From positions 1 through 55,631 of the forward strand of contig JAYTTZ010000239.1 in assembly GCA_043744805.1 (NCBI GenBank): a stretch of 55,631 nt of DNA. Direction: 5' to 3'. Source of the DNA: Gammaproteobacteria bacterium. GTDB lineage: Bacteria; Pseudomonadota; Gammaproteobacteria; Ga0077536. Positions 54,942 to 55,631 of the stretch are shown here, one piece after another (the first letter of the stretch is position 1; each line of letters opens with the position of its first letter). A program made the position numbers and the translations under genes. The notes under the pieces were generated by a model. That model was not told where the DNA came from. It searched no databases and saw nothing but the letters and a program-made list of their open reading frames with translations.

Positions 54942-55541
54942 GTGGTCATCCTGTGGCTGGCGATCTATTTCGGCGTGCTGGCGTGGTCCGCCTTCAATCC
55001 TCACGACTATCTCACGTGGTGGCTGGAAGTGGCTCCGGCCCTCATTGGCCTGCTGCTGCTCTGGGCCACCCGACGCACTTTCCCGCTCACGCCGCTCGCC
55101 TATATCCTGGTGCTTGGCCACTGCATCGTCTTGATGATCGGCGGGCACTACACCTATGCCCACGTGCCGCTGTTCGACACCCTGCAGGCCACCTTTGGTT
55201 TTGAACGCAACCACTACGATCGCTTCGCGCACCTCGTCCAGGGCTTCGTGCCGGCGCTGCTGGCGCGCGAAATCCTGTTGCGCCGTCGGGTGCTGGCGAA
55301 GCGGGGCTGGCTGGGTTTCCTGGTGCTCTGCATCTGCCTCGCGCTCAGCGCGAGCTACGAACTCATCGAATGGCGTGTCGCCGTGGCCTCGGGCACGGCC
55401 GCAAACGCCTTCCTTGGCACCCAGGGTGATCCCTGGGACACCCAGAGCGACATGGCGCTCGCGGGTCTCGGGGCAATTTTGAGCCTGATGGCGTGCCGGC
55501 GCTTCCACGACCGGCAACTGCGCAAGTTCAGTTCGCTCTAG
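54942..55541 (+). CDS. DUF2238 (YjdF-like) inner membrane protein
   Basis: WWLEVAP; IGGHYTYAHVP; RNHYDRFAH; YELIEW; GTQGDPWDTQSDM. Confidence 0.9.
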   Translation: MVILWLAIYFGVLAWSAFNPHDYLTWWLEVAPALIGLLLLWATRRTFPLTPLAYILVLGHCIVLMIGGHYTYAHVPLFDTLQATFGFERNHYDRFAHLVQGFVPALLAREILLRRRVLAKRGWLGFLVLCICLALSASYELIEWRVAVASGTAANAFLGTQGDPWDTQSDMALAGLGAILSLMACRRFHDRQLRKFSSL

Positions 55542-55631
55542 CAGCCTGTCGGACTTGGGGCGTCGATAGCGAGAATCGGCCCCAGCCAGGACAGTTGGTG
55601 CCGGATTTGCAGGCCCATAGCCCGGCTATGG
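55538..55631. mobile_element. Partial MITE-like repeat, right copy, abutting the TAG stop of the DUF2238 gene at CTAG
   Basis: ctag-cagcctgtcggactt... is the reverse complement of window bases 9-99. It ends in the ccatagcccggctatgg palindrome at the window edge. Confidence 0.65.

Noticed and set aside
210-55482. Numerous long ORFs antisense or frame-shifted to real genes (e.g. 3336-5414 +, 9034-10728 +, 13493-15460 +, 31639-33918 -, 44395-46155 +, 52375-53934 +)
   Set aside because: They are shadow ORFs expected in GC-rich DNA. They fully overlap genes with clear family motifs and have no motifs of their own.
1-55631. Linear plasmid or phage with terminal inverted repeats
   Set aside because: No replication, terminal protein, capsid or partition genes; the content is chromosomal (RluA, acyl-CoA dehydrogenase). 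Both ends break mid-repeat, which fits an assembly break better.

Overview
A GC-rich, proteobacterial-type 55.6 kb segment, probably a whole contig. Both ends stop inside inverted copies of the same ~91-bp MITE-like repeat. Contents in order: (1) a Tat-signal FecR-like protein divergent from an outer-membrane barrel; (2) a 1205-aa GltD/NfnB plus NfnA/PyrK fusion oxidoreductase; (3) a decayed LLM gene; (4) a long minus-strand run: CoxMSL-like Mo-hydroxylase, CoxG, PHP, CoA-transferase, HpnN-type MMPL, GST, BKACE; (5) a divergent operon: HisD paralog, acetoacetate decarboxylase-like, SDR, TetR, SMP-30 lactonase, XdhC, MocA. Blocks 4 and 5 look like a catabolic locus for an unknown substrate. (6) A cupin with a histone-like tail. 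(7) A ~17 kb surface-protein island: TIGR03032 protein, an internally deleted relic paralog, three FG-GAP/VCBS/RTX secreted proteins built from 5-repeat modules (1, 3 and 2 modules), and a translationally coupled TPR-GT41 (OGT/SPINDLY-like) glycosyltransferase. This island is the best candidate for an undescribed system. (8) GNAT, a GAF-GAF-PAS adenylate cyclase with a coupled 36-aa-repeat coiled-coil protein, two F420-family oxidoreductases, NYN, GST-like, acyl-CoA dehydrogenase, RluA, transglutaminase-like, serine hydrolase, DUF169, MaoC and DUF2238. No rRNA, tRNA, CRISPR array, integrase or transposase was recognised. All family calls come from motif recognition by eye, not database searches. 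Several starts were moved from the ORF track to RBS-supported codons.
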